Notes under the pieces: model-generated
Told to the model about the DNA's origin: nothing
The model's input: only the letters and a program-made list of their open reading frames with translations
Databases searched by the model: none
DNA from: a virus
Reading direction: 5' to 3' (one strand)
DNA length: 64,000 bases
IMG/VR virus record: IMGVR_UViG_3300032006_000003
Location: 18,757 to 82,756 of that record
Position numbers and translations under genes: made by a program
Shown: piece by piece, positions 27,362 to 37,693 of the stretch
Layout: the number at the start of each line of letters is the position of its first letter
How positions within the stretch are numbered: position 1 is the stretch's first letter

Positions 27362-27466
27362 GAGGGCTTTCAGGCTTATCCCTCTAGCAAGGCTTACCAC
27401 GTCTGGTTATATCCAGTTTTTGAACCTCCTAGGCAATCGCCTAAACCTACCCACGTACCTTGTCTA
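27362..27466 (-). ncRNA. Candidate structured intergenic RNA of unknown class
   Basis: Four pairable elements within about 105 nt (see findings). Confidence 0.35.
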
Positions 27467-27467
27467 A

Positions 27468-29438
27468 TTATTCCCAATCTATAAAATCCTCCATTCTTGT
27501 TTTAAAATGTCCATTGGACAATGCCTTATCTAAATCTACTTTGGTTGCCCACGATGGATCACATAATTCCATATCCACTTGGAGTGGTATGTTCAAACTA
27601 TTTGTAATCATAACATCTTTAATCTGATCTGGCAAGGTTCTAATGTCGTCTTTATGTATTTCACATATCACTTCGTCATGTACCTGTAATAATAAATGAC
27701 TTTTAGTATCTTGTAATAACTTATGTACTTCAATTAAGCGTTCATTTAATATATCAGCACTAGTTCCTTGAACTAAGTAGTTAACTCCTTTATACCCTAA
27801 ATCGGCAGGAATCTTATATATCCGACCATATCTATTCTTAATCCATCCCCGTGTCTCTACAGTTTGAACTACGGAATCAAAGAACGGCTTAGACCCCTTT
27901 AGCCCTGCGAAATAGCGTTTTTTATATTGCCCCGCCTCTTTAGGACTAGTTCCTAATTGAATCGCTAATTTCTTATTACCGATACCATAAATAGTTCCGA
28001 AGGTTATGGCCTTTGCCATCTGTCTATAGAACTTAAAATCATCTTTATCTTCATCTGTATTAAACGCAAGCTTTGCTGCTTCCCCATGAAAGTCTACATC
28101 TGTTCGATTTAATAATGTATTGATCTCTTCATTTTGTAAATAACTTAGAAAGACTCTTACTTCCATCTGTGAGTAATCAAAACCTACCAAATAATAATCA
28201 GGGCGAGGTCTAAATAATCTACGGATTGCAATTTGATAATCTATAGACTCGTCAAAGGATTCATCTCCTATAAAAGCCCATGTATCAATTACTTCGGGAC
28301 TTAGATTAGCGGTTCCTGAATCTCCTTTCGCTGCTAAAATTGCATTAACCCTCTGCGCCACTTCTTCTCTATCTTCATCTGATAAATCTAAATCTGCTAA
28401 CTTAAAATGATTACGAGGTATGTTCTGTAGGTTTGGTTCCCTAGAAGATAGTCTTCCTGTAACCGTTCCCCAATTACAGAAACCTGTATGTAATTCTGTT
28501 ACCTCTTTATTAGGTTCAAGATAGGTAGAACGTAATTTTTCTAATGTTCTATACTGTCGTATATATCCTGCAACAGGATGATTTAATCTGACTAAAGCTG
28601 CTTCACTCCATGACTGCGCCCCTTTAGGAGTTAATACAGGAGAATATATACCGTGAGAATTTAATATCTCCCCCATTTGCTTTGTACTATTAATATTAAA
28701 CTCGCCAACCAAAGAATGAATCTTTGTTTGTAAATAGTCTTTACGCTTTTCAATCTTTTGCATCGCCGTATCAACATACTCTGTATCAATTTGAATCCCT
28801 CTATGTTCCATTTTAAAGAGAGCATAAGTTAATTCAATCTCTAACTCTAATATCTCTTCTTGATTTGATTTCTTTATTATTCCTAATGCATCATGATATA
28901 ACTTCCGTGTCCAATAGACATCTTTCTCACAATACGGTCCTAATATATCGGGAGGGGCTAAAGAAAAATCTTTATTCCATTTATTACTACGTAACTGTTT
29001 TTTGGTATCTATATCATACTGAGCGTCCGACTCTCCATACCGCCGTTTTATCGTCTGAGTCAGTCCTAAATCTTTAACTGAAGCTGACTCGATTAGACGT
29101 ACCATTACAATTACATCCACTAATCTACTCTCTAAGGTGTTTAACCCCTCCTTCTCTAAAAAATGTAAATCGAATTTAATGTTATATCCGATTAGAGTCG
29201 AACAACCACTCAGTATGGTCATTAAATTGTTTATTGTTTCGGGAGGAAGATTGCTTCCCTGTTGATGCCTAAAGGGGAAATAGTATGTGTCCCCATTCAA
29301 TCCTGCTACACCAACCCCACAAATTTGATTCATGCCAAACGCATCTAACCCATTTGTTTCTACATCCACAATTAAGGTGTCTTGTATTTTTAATATTTGC
29401 TCAACTTCATTATATTGAGCAAGTGTTTCGACAAGCAT
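27468..29438 (-). CDS. polA: Family A DNA polymerase with 3'-5' exonuclease domain
   Basis: DVET, YNIKFD, TGRLSS, NLQNIP, DYSQMEVR, KAITFGTIYG and QVHDE. Confidence 0.95.
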   Translation of the reverse strand: MLVETLAQYNEVEQILKIQDTLIVDVETNGLDAFGMNQICGVGVAGLNGDTYYFPFRHQQGSNLPPETINNLMTILSGCSTLIGYNIKFDLHFLEKEGLNTLESRLVDVIVMVRLIESASVKDLGLTQTIKRRYGESDAQYDIDTKKQLRSNKWNKDFSLAPPDILGPYCEKDVYWTRKLYHDALGIIKKSNQEEILELEIELTYALFKMEHRGIQIDTEYVDTAMQKIEKRKDYLQTKIHSLVGEFNINSTKQMGEILNSHGIYSPVLTPKGAQSWSEAALVRLNHPVAGYIRQYRTLEKLRSTYLEPNKEVTELHTGFCNWGTVTGRLSSREPNLQNIPRNHFKLADLDLSDEDREEVAQRVNAILAAKGDSGTANLSPEVIDTWAFIGDESFDESIDYQIAIRRLFRPRPDYYLVGFDYSQMEVRVFLSYLQNEEINTLLNRTDVDFHGEAAKLAFNTDEDKDDFKFYRQMAKAITFGTIYGIGNKKLAIQLGTSPKEAGQYKKRYFAGLKGSKPFFDSVVQTVETRGWIKNRYGRIYKIPADLGYKGVNYLVQGTSADILNERLIEVHKLLQDTKSHLLLQVHDEVICEIHKDDIRTLPDQIKDVMITNSLNIPLQVDMELCDPSWATKVDLDKALSNGHFKTRMEDFIDWE

Positions 29439-29453
29439 CTCCCCTCCCGAACT

Positions 29454-30152
29454 TTAAAATAAATCGTCGCTTTCGGCATCAACTTTCACTACATCACCTG
29501 TCCCATTTTGAGACTCTTCATTTCCTCCGCCATAACGACTAAGGAAATATTCTCGAATAGTAGGAAGGTCTGTAACATCTTCCGACCTATCATCAGGAAC
29601 ATCAGTATCTCGTGCTGTTGCTGCTATAGTATATGACGTATCGTACATACCTGTACCAGTTCTTTTTACTCGAATGACACCCTTATTTAGAGTTCCCCAA
29701 TCGTGGTAAATATCTACTAACTGGTTCCAAATATAATCACTTCGTCCAAAGGTTAATGTAATCACCCTAAAGTCATTAACTTCTTCTTTGAAAAGTTTTC
29801 TCCCACCGGGACCTGTAACTTCAATACAATCGTCTGTTCGTTTATCTGGATGAACAATCTCATGTACATATCCCCAAAAGGCAAATTTGTGTGAAGGTCT
29901 GTAAGTATCTGGAACCATACTAGTATCCACATCCTTATCAGACAGGAGATTTATCCAACGTCCACCTGACTGATAGGTATATAAATATAGTTCATCAAGT
30001 AAATTATCGCCCTCATCACCTGTGGCTACAGGGGTAATAAATGCCTGATCTCCATCCTTAAACCAAATCTCTCGTCGTGGAGGTTGTGAATCTTGTCTGG
30101 TCTGTGACCATGTTTCTACTCTTGTCGCTGCTATTTTACTTATACCGCCCAT
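29454..30152 (-). CDS. Putative single-stranded DNA-binding protein
   Basis: Between primase and polymerase; KRTGTG..TSY motif; acidic tail ending DDLF. Confidence 0.7.
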   Translation of the reverse strand: MGGISKIAATRVETWSQTRQDSQPPRREIWFKDGDQAFITPVATGDEGDNLLDELYLYTYQSGGRWINLLSDKDVDTSMVPDTYRPSHKFAFWGYVHEIVHPDKRTDDCIEVTGPGGRKLFKEEVNDFRVITLTFGRSDYIWNQLVDIYHDWGTLNKGVIRVKRTGTGMYDTSYTIAATARDTDVPDDRSEDVTDLPTIREYFLSRYGGGNEESQNGTGDVVKVDAESDDLF

Positions 30153-30164
30153 TTAATTTTCCTC

Positions 30165-31025
30165 CTACCACAAAGCCCTATTCTCTAAAGCCTCGTGTAA
30201 TATTTGTGAATCTCGTATATCTTGAACATCCTTATAACCTTTAGGAATCTGTACAGTACTTACTATACACCTTTGGCTAAGAGTCGTCAAAACTTTTTCT
30301 GTAGCTTTTGAGCCTGCTTCATCGTTATCTAAACAAAGCACTATCTCATTTGTTGGTAGCTGTAATAACTTTTCTTGTTGGACCCTAGATGCATTGGCTC
30401 CTAGAAGTGCTACAGACGTGTATCCATGTTGGTCAAGCCACATTGTATCTAAGCATCCCTCCGTTACGCAAATAAATGGTTGTGGAGTAACATGATTATT
30501 TCCAAATAAAACTTGCGACTTCTTTAAACCTTTGGAGTATAAATACTTCGGAGTCATATATAATCTTCTAGTGATCCATCCAACTACCTTCTTTCCCTCA
30601 AAAATAGGGATTACCAAACTATTCTCTAAATCAACTGCACACCTCCATTTACTTAATGTTTCTTTATTAAACTCTCTATTGAATATCCACTCAGGGACAT
30701 ATCCCATCTCATACGGAAATTCTACTTCAGACATCTCTACTATGTCAACATCTTCTTCAGTATCAAACATATTTAAATCAAATGTTAATTGTTTTGTTAA
30801 GAGTACTTCATCTATAGCATCCCATGATATCTTTAAATACTTGGCGAGAAATCCTTTTAACCCCCCTTGTCCACATCCTGCATGACAAATCCATACTCCT
30901 TTATCTAAATTAACTGAGAGTGATGGTTCTACGTCAGAATGAAATGGGCAAGTCATGTTAAATTCATCACGATCTGCTGGAACATTAATTCCTGACTCTA
31001 ATAGTACAGAGGCCCAATTTACCAT
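30165..31025 (-). CDS. dnaG: DnaG-type primase
   Basis: CPFH..CHAGC zinc finger; TOPRIM EG..D and DNDEAG. Confidence 0.9.
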   Translation of the reverse strand: MVNWASVLLESGINVPADRDEFNMTCPFHSDVEPSLSVNLDKGVWICHAGCGQGGLKGFLAKYLKISWDAIDEVLLTKQLTFDLNMFDTEEDVDIVEMSEVEFPYEMGYVPEWIFNREFNKETLSKWRCAVDLENSLVIPIFEGKKVVGWITRRLYMTPKYLYSKGLKKSQVLFGNNHVTPQPFICVTEGCLDTMWLDQHGYTSVALLGANASRVQQEKLLQLPTNEIVLCLDNDEAGSKATEKVLTTLSQRCIVSTVQIPKGYKDVQDIRDSQILHEALENRALW

Positions 31026-31207
31026 TACGCTTTTTTATCCTTCCTCAAGAAAAAGACTACCTCATTCTTATAACCACAATACGGGCAGGGTAGTGACCCT
31101 TGCTGAATATGTCCAACCGTTGCATCAATTCGTTGTCTACAACCCTTACATAATTTTGGTTTGCCTACTGCTACCCTACTCTTATCTAATAACCAATTCA
31201 TAATCAT
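31025..31207 (-). CDS. Small zinc-ribbon protein
   Basis: CKGC..CPYC; TAATG coupling to the primase. Confidence 0.6.
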   Translation of the reverse strand: MIMNWLLDKSRVAVGKPKLCKGCRQRIDATVGHIQQGSLPCPYCGYKNEVVFFLRKDKKA

Positions 31208-31217
31208 TACTTACCTC

Positions 31218-32453
31218 CTAATAATCCGGGTTTACTTCATAAATCTCGCCTATATCTGGGTTCCAATGCATAACTGACGTTTCTACAAATGACTCAGCAT
31301 CTCTGTATTTTTGGTATTGAATTAGCCTTCTAGTAGGCATATCTTCTACCTCGCACATTGAGAGTACTACATCAGACGCTCTTAGTAAAGCATCTCCAAA
31401 TGCAACTTGGTCAGCTTGTGGGGGTCTATATATATCTGCCGCATCTCTATTTGCTTGTGTAGCGGCTAACATGCTTACATCATTCGATGTACATAAGTTC
31501 TTTAATCCGTAAAATAATGCATGACTTTCTTCCCATGCTTGTCGTCTACCGTTTCCACTTTGAATTAAATATACACCATCAATCACTACAAAATCAGGAG
31601 AGTGTTTCCTAATTAAATTAGCAATAGAAGATAAGGTAATACCATTTTGTCCTGCAATATGGTCACAAATTAATAGTGGTCTACCATCTAGTTCTTGTAA
31701 GAAAGTTTTATAGGCGTTTTCATCTATAGCTTCGCCACTTCGTAAGGCTCTATGCGAAAAGTTATACCCCATTATATTAGCCATAATTACGTCTGCTCGT
31801 AAACTAATTGCTGATAAGGGCATCTCCGTAGAAATTAATAAGGTTTTATATCCTTGAGAAGCTGCTACGGCAGCTGAATGTACCAATAACCAAGTCTTTC
31901 CAATAGAGGGTCGAGCAAAAACTGAAATCAATTCTCCCGACAACCATCCAACACCTGTCTTATTAATAGCATCAAATATAGTAGGCATCCCTAAAATGCC
32001 TCCTTGAATATTTCGTTGAGCATTTCGGGCTTGCCACTCTTCATACCTAGTTAATGCGCCTGATCCATAAGGTACTACATCTTCATCATAAACTACACCA
32101 ACATCATTCAATGCAGTTGTAATAGACGCATATGCTTTCTTAGGATCATCTTGCAATAATGGTTTATTATCTTGAAAAACTCCTACAATCTGACGATATA
32201 GAACCTGTCGTTTAAAACTATCTAAAGTATACTCTAACTGTAATGTTTGAGCCGCAGGGTCTAAGGTTGGAAAATTCTCTTGTAATATCTCAGGCGAAGG
32301 GAACTCTCCATAGTTATCAAAATGCCTAAGAAGAAATTCATATGCATCCCCATGAATTGCAAAATCTTTAGTTGTATACCTAAACTGTCGTAACGCTTTC
32401 GGACTTTCCAATCCAAATACTATTCCTGACTCAATAAACTCAAAGCTTTCCAC
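31218..32453 (-). CDS. dnaB: DnaB-like replicative helicase
   Basis: ARPSIGKT Walker A, STEM, VVIDG, QANR and KYR. Confidence 0.9.
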   Translation of the reverse strand: MESFEFIESGIVFGLESPKALRQFRYTTKDFAIHGDAYEFLLRHFDNYGEFPSPEILQENFPTLDPAAQTLQLEYTLDSFKRQVLYRQIVGVFQDNKPLLQDDPKKAYASITTALNDVGVVYDEDVVPYGSGALTRYEEWQARNAQRNIQGGILGMPTIFDAINKTGVGWLSGELISVFARPSIGKTWLLVHSAAVAASQGYKTLLISTEMPLSAISLRADVIMANIMGYNFSHRALRSGEAIDENAYKTFLQELDGRPLLICDHIAGQNGITLSSIANLIRKHSPDFVVIDGVYLIQSGNGRRQAWEESHALFYGLKNLCTSNDVSMLAATQANRDAADIYRPPQADQVAFGDALLRASDVVLSMCEVEDMPTRRLIQYQKYRDAESFVETSVMHWNPDIGEIYEVNPDY

Positions 32454-32456
32454 TAC

Positions 32457-32708
32457 TTACCTCCTTGTCGAAAAGACTTCTTCCATAAGGTTTCCTTCAT
32501 TATCTTCCCCATATACAGAACATGTCAAGTAGTTAGATGCCTGTATTCGGGCAATTAAGACAGCTTCTTTTAAATTTGTATGCTTTCCGAAGTCGGCAAT
32601 CTCAGATAAATCTGTCTCAGCTAAAACTCTATAGTAAGTAGGTGTAGGTGTCAAGAGGCTCTTTTTAATCAGCGATCCCCGTTGCCCACGCTTCATGTAA
32701 GGCATCAT
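32457..32708 (-). CDS. Hypothetical protein
   Basis: ORF; likely start at ATG 32708 or 32705 after GGAGG. Confidence 0.5.
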   Translation of the reverse strand: MMPYMKRGQRGSLIKKSLLTPTPTYYRVLAETDLSEIADFGKHTNLKEAVLIARIQASNYLTCSVYGEDNEGNLMEEVFSTRR

Positions 32709-33198
32709 TACCTCCAATTTTATTTTGAAGACTTTGACGTATTCGGTACGCTGAATCTTCAAGTTCATGAGAAATTTCTTCCATTGTTAATCCTTCTAAA
32801 CGTAAAAAGACAAATCGTTGTTCTTTTAATGTTAAATCATACTGGTTTAATACATCTGCTATTTCAAATCGTTCCTTATCATCAGCAGCTTGTAAAAGGT
32901 TTAATATCTTTGTTGGTATAACTTCAGCATCTGTAATCTGATCTAAGCTATCTGAAATTACTTGTCGTTGGGCTTTTGAAATTAATGTTCGTAATGTATT
33001 TACCATTGCTGTATGTAAATAAGTATGGAATAAAACTCCTTTATCTTCATTAAATCCTCGTGCTGCTTTAATAATTGCTATTCGTAACTCCTGTTCTAAA
33101 TCTCCGTGATCCATACCGATTACAAAAGTATTCTGTAATAAGCGGTGTATCTTAGGTTCCCATTGTTTAATTAGATCATCATTTATCTCAATTGTCAT
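32665..33198 (-). CDS. Sigma70-family (ECF-like) RNA polymerase sigma factor
   Basis: Region 2 DLEQE..KAARGFNEDKGVLFHTY; region 4 HTH LEGLTMEEIS. Confidence 0.8.
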   Translation of the reverse strand: MTIEINDDLIKQWEPKIHRLLQNTFVIGMDHGDLEQELRIAIIKAARGFNEDKGVLFHTYLHTAMVNTLRTLISKAQRQVISDSLDQITDAEVIPTKILNLLQAADDKERFEIADVLNQYDLTLKEQRFVFLRLEGLTMEEISHELEDSAYRIRQSLQNKIGGNDALHEAWATGIAD

Positions 33199-33572
33199 TA
33201 GCCATCCCTCCATCCTCTATAAGTACATGAACGACTACAATAAATATTCTTATAGCCGTATCTATAATTTTTTAATAATACATGTCGTTTACGATAAAAC
33301 TTAACATGGCAAAACGAACATTCTACTTCAATATTAGTGTATTTAAATCGACACGCATTAGAGCAGAACTTTCTATTGTACCCATGAAGTATACTACAAC
33401 CAGTACAGGTACGCAAATCTTTTTTAGCTTTTGGCACACATGTAATTAAATCATTTTTCTGAAGTATATAGGATACATATTGTTTACTAACTCCTACTGT
33501 TTTTGCAATATCAATAGAAGGTAATAAAGGATACTTCTTACGTAACCGTACAATCCTATTTTTAGCTTTCAT
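33198..33572 (-). CDS. HTH plus zinc-finger protein
   Basis: DIAKTVGVSKQYV HTH; CTGC, FCSNAC, CSFC and YCSRSC. Confidence 0.7.
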   Translation of the reverse strand: MKAKNRIVRLRKKYPLLPSIDIAKTVGVSKQYVSYILQKNDLITCVPKAKKDLRTCTGCSILHGYNRKFCSNACRFKYTNIEVECSFCHVKFYRKRHVLLKNYRYGYKNIYCSRSCTYRGWRDG

Positions 33573-36500
33573 TAGCTAGACTCTAATATCTCAATCCGTC
33601 TTTTTAATTCTTTTACGGCCCCAATAAGAGGGGCAATAAACTGTTCATAATTTAATGTTCTCATATTTGCTTCACTTACAGTTGAATTACCTGTAATCTC
33701 TCCTGTTGTTGGGTCTACAGTATCTCTAGTAATATCCGAAGTTTCTGCTGTGGGTATTTTAATTAGCCCTGACTTCGTTTTATCAATACTTAGTCCAGTT
33801 AAAACATCTTCAACTTCTTGAGCAACCAATCCATAATGTAGGATATCACCTCCATGCTTATTGAATTTGCGTGGGGTTAAAGCATTTATGAATGCTAATG
33901 AATCAGCATTTGTAAACTCGACTATATTAGATTTCAGTCGTGAATCTGATCCAGTATTACCTCCGTTATAATATACATCCCCTGCAAAATAACCATCTTT
34001 CCATCTATAGCTATTTGTTCCCCAATCAGTATTCCCATTATTAAATGCATTAACATGGTAATTAGTACTCATCCAGAAAAATAAATCATCAAAATAATTC
34101 TCGTATACGTACCCTGTTGTACTACGCAATCTATATTGATTACTACCTCCATTATAAAAATAGATACTAGGTGAGTCTCCACTAACACCATAAAATTTTG
34201 CGTCATTACTATCTAATACATACCGAGAAACCCCAGAATTGGCGGAAGTTTGTATAGTTGTGCCTGTAATAGTCCCGCTAGTTATAGACCCTATATTAGC
34301 ATTTATTGCCGATAACCCCGTAGTATTAAAAGAGGATGTATTAATTTCAGCTGCTGTAATCTGACCAGAAGCTATCTCATTTACTGTAATAGCGTTAGCA
34401 GCTATTTGACCTGTATCAATTGTATTAGCCCTAATTTGTGTGGCTGTAAGAGAGCCAGTTGCTATCTGTACAGCATTTAATGTAGGTATCCTAGAGCCAA
34501 ACGGAAGTATTGTTGGTGCATCTCCCCATCCATTTAAACTTGTTTGAACAGTAGCAAGCATTACTTTATTTGCTCCAATTGCATCTGAATATGTTGTTGA
34601 AGGAGTTGCCATACTATATGTTTGCCCATTAAGAAATCCGCTACTTCCTGCATCTACATAGAAATAATAACCAGTATTCTGTGCCAAACTTGCTGCTACG
34701 CCCGCATTAATAGTACAGACTGTACCATCATCGAACTCTATTGATCCGTTACCATTATTTGTTCCATTATCCCATTTTAATGCATTCCATGCCGTGCCTG
34801 TCCAACGTAAGTTAGTGGCCCACGGTTGAATATTCTTTGCAATTTCTGTAGCGGAAATTGATCCTGAAGTTATAATATTAGATGCAGCCATTTTATTTGC
34901 TGCTTGACCGGGAGAAGAGGCTCCAAAAATACCAAATTCTACTTCAGGGTCACCATAACGTACCCATAAAATACGAATTTTATTAGAACTCTCAACGTAT
35001 GAAGCTTCAGCTTTTACTTGAAATTCTGACTTACTTACACTTGGATCATAATAAACATAATATATTGTAGACCCGGATAAGGCGGTATTACTTAATTTAG
35101 CATAAGTATTTCCTGCTGCGATAGTTTCAGTTCCTGATGCACTATATAATGTTCCTGTAGTCCATTCTAATCTATCACCCTTATTATTTCCACTAACTCC
35201 TGCTACAAATTCACCTGTTTCATATCTCCATCCTAATGTACCAATACCTGTTTCTGCTTCAAGAGTATCTCCTCTTGCGGCATCAATAATTCCTGCAAAT
35301 CCACTTTCTCCTCCGGGAACATTGAAAACATCTGTATCATTATTTTCACCTACAGTATGCCATGTTGAATCTGATTTACCAGCACCTTCCAGATATATAG
35401 TCTTTGTAACTAAGTGGTTTCCTTTTACGCCTTGAGCCAAATTTTCAACTCGTAAATCATCTCCTGCTCGTACAGGAATATAAATTCGGACATAATGATC
35501 GGCTCCCATTTCTGTATTTGTTGTCGCCTTGTTCATATTAATTGTAAGCGTAGTATCTGAAGCATATGCAGCTATTTGTCCATGCGCTACTTCAGTAGTG
35601 AAAGAAGCATCCGTACCATAAAATCTAGCTGTCATACCTACTCTAACTCCATACTCATTTATAGGTACGGTAGTTGAGCCATCTATATTTGTAAATCCCA
35701 TTGTTCGTTGACGAGTTCCGCTACCACCCGGATTAGAACTAATTTGAATATCTAGATAGTAGTAGGGGCTTCTTGTAGTTGCGAAACTACCCCGTCTAAT
35801 ATCTTTTGTAGTCCGTCTTAATTTAGATAAAACAGCTTCTCGTAAACTATCTGGATGATCATCATTTCTATGCATCATTCTTACAGGTCTACGAACATTC
35901 CATGCGTTTAAAGCACGACCTTCATAAGCATGGGTAATGTTAGGAGAAGCATTAAATTTACAATAGGCTCCTGATGTATCTCCTCTAATATATACATAAG
36001 TATCGGTTCCAAAGTTATTTAAAGGGAAGGCTTTTCCTGCTCCAGTAGAGGTAGTAGTACTTGCGGCATCAGTATTTCTTACATCTGATACTAAAATATG
36101 TTCTATGCCAGCTTGAGTATTAACCCCCCCTGTTTCTACCGAATTATATTGGATTGTGCCAACGTTTAAAGCTAAACAAGAACCGTCATTAGCATTAAAA
36201 CTAGGAGTTCCTGACTCTGCTTTAAATACACTAAAGGTTTCAGCTGCTCCTGCACCCGCAACCTCATTATTTGAATCGGTACTAATTTTTTTAGCATTAT
36301 GAGTCTTAAATCTTGGAAAACAAGCAAAGCTATTGCCAAGGGAAAGAGCGAAATCATAAGTATACCATAATTCAAAAATAGTAGTGGCTCGTATATCTTC
36401 TCGATCTGACTCTTCAGTAGCAAAGTCTGCGGCAGCCCCACCAGATGTTTTAACATTTGATGAGGAGTTATCTCTTGCATTATAAGTTACTATTACGTGA

Positions 36501-37693
36501 CTATTTAAATTCGTACTAGGATCAATAAAATCTGAATTCGGTAACATAAGTCGTCGAGCGGGCAACGTAGTAGTCCCATCTCTGGGTTGTACTCCTTGTT
36601 CAACATATGAGTTAGATGTAGGGTCTGTTATAATTAAACCATTTGTTGCGAAGTTTGCTGATAGTGGTCGAGTTCCTCGTTTATGATAGTTAAATTCTTG
36701 TTTATGAGTTCCGCCATTTGGTAATATCCATGCCCGTTCAACCGTGGCTCCTATTAGATGGGTAGTAGCTTGGTTAAAAGTAGGTGGGTCAGTAGGTGTA
36801 ATTCGAGTAGCAACTGTGAGTGTTGTACTATCAGGTATACCAGTAATTGTCATTTGTTCGGAGCCAATCACAATAGCATCAGAAGTAGCAAAGCCTATTG
36901 TAGATGCAACTGTTACTGTAGTAGCACTTGGACTAGCGGATAATAATACTGTTAAACTTGTAGACTGATCGGGTTTTGGATACGTAAAATTAGGATCGAC
37001 ATAATAATCAAAACCAATATTTTCATAACGAGAAGTATTATGAGGATCATCCATAGCTATTTCGTTAATTGTTTGAAGAACAGATCGTTGTGAATGCTCT
37101 AATATTAAATTACTTTTAACATTTTCTATTGATAATTGATTACGAGATTTTGTAACTGTAGCACCACTTGTTCCTGTCGCAACATCGGTAACCCCTAAAA
37201 TCTTACTATTAACACAATCTGTACTTTCAATTAAATATTCAATTTGTTTCTGTTTGGTATTAGCAAGACTATAGAGAATTCCTTGTTTCTTTTGAGGTAA
37301 TACATCAACACCTAATTCTCTTGCAGGATAATCTCTTAATTCTCCTAATGCGTCATTAGCTACTAGTCTAATTGAATCTCCCCATTGTGCGTCCCATTTA
37401 GTGTCTGCTTCGTAACAATAGCCTGCAAAAACAATCATATGTGTTTCGTCATCAACTAATATAATAGGTTTAAATAAATTAAATTTATCTGTATATGGAC
37501 CTGTACGACTATCTTCATCATCTACAAGTGATCTATCAGGCGCACGATTTGAAATAGTAATAGTAGCAATTCTACCATTTCCTAAACTGTCTTCTAATTC
37601 AAGCCCGATAACAGCACTTGCATCATTGTTAGTTGTAACAGCTTCCCAACGTAAACTATTCCAATAATATAAATTTAATTTAGGGGCTGCCAT
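33572..37693 (-). CDS. Tail tip/central fibre protein with C-terminal intramolecular chaperone (peptidase S74-like)
   Basis: 1373 aa after the distal tail gene; SDSRLKSNI..YGLVAQEV..YEQFIAPLIGAVKEL. Confidence 0.75.
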   Translation of the reverse strand: MAAPKLNLYYWNSLRWEAVTTNNDASAVIGLELEDSLGNGRIATITISNRAPDRSLVDDEDSRTGPYTDKFNLFKPIILVDDETHMIVFAGYCYEADTKWDAQWGDSIRLVANDALGELRDYPARELGVDVLPQKKQGILYSLANTKQKQIEYLIESTDCVNSKILGVTDVATGTSGATVTKSRNQLSIENVKSNLILEHSQRSVLQTINEIAMDDPHNTSRYENIGFDYYVDPNFTYPKPDQSTSLTVLLSASPSATTVTVASTIGFATSDAIVIGSEQMTITGIPDSTTLTVATRITPTDPPTFNQATTHLIGATVERAWILPNGGTHKQEFNYHKRGTRPLSANFATNGLIITDPTSNSYVEQGVQPRDGTTTLPARRLMLPNSDFIDPSTNLNSHVIVTYNARDNSSSNVKTSGGAAADFATEESDREDIRATTIFELWYTYDFALSLGNSFACFPRFKTHNAKKISTDSNNEVAGAGAAETFSVFKAESGTPSFNANDGSCLALNVGTIQYNSVETGGVNTQAGIEHILVSDVRNTDAASTTTSTGAGKAFPLNNFGTDTYVYIRGDTSGAYCKFNASPNITHAYEGRALNAWNVRRPVRMMHRNDDHPDSLREAVLSKLRRTTKDIRRGSFATTRSPYYYLDIQISSNPGGSGTRQRTMGFTNIDGSTTVPINEYGVRVGMTARFYGTDASFTTEVAHGQIAAYASDTTLTINMNKATTNTEMGADHYVRIYIPVRAGDDLRVENLAQGVKGNHLVTKTIYLEGAGKSDSTWHTVGENNDTDVFNVPGGESGFAGIIDAARGDTLEAETGIGTLGWRYETGEFVAGVSGNNKGDRLEWTTGTLYSASGTETIAAGNTYAKLSNTALSGSTIYYVYYDPSVSKSEFQVKAEASYVESSNKIRILWVRYGDPEVEFGIFGASSPGQAANKMAASNIITSGSISATEIAKNIQPWATNLRWTGTAWNALKWDNGTNNGNGSIEFDDGTVCTINAGVAASLAQNTGYYFYVDAGSSGFLNGQTYSMATPSTTYSDAIGANKVMLATVQTSLNGWGDAPTILPFGSRIPTLNAVQIATGSLTATQIRANTIDTGQIAANAITVNEIASGQITAAEINTSSFNTTGLSAINANIGSITSGTITGTTIQTSANSGVSRYVLDSNDAKFYGVSGDSPSIYFYNGGSNQYRLRSTTGYVYENYFDDLFFWMSTNYHVNAFNNGNTDWGTNSYRWKDGYFAGDVYYNGGNTGSDSRLKSNIVEFTNADSLAFINALTPRKFNKHGGDILHYGLVAQEVEDVLTGLSIDKTKSGLIKIPTAETSDITRDTVDPTTGEITGNSTVSEANMRTLNYEQFIAPLIGAVKELKRRIEILESS

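Noticed and set aside
27362-27466. Possible tRNA-Sec (contains TTCAAA) or cobalamin riboswitch
   Set aside because: No cloverleaf, T-loop or anticodon stem around TTCAAA, and no GGGAA/B12-box core; kept only as an unknown structured element
19198-32453. Inteins or introns in RNR, terminase, PolA or helicase
   Set aside because: No intein termini (C..HN) or homing endonuclease motifs, and the proteins are of ordinary length
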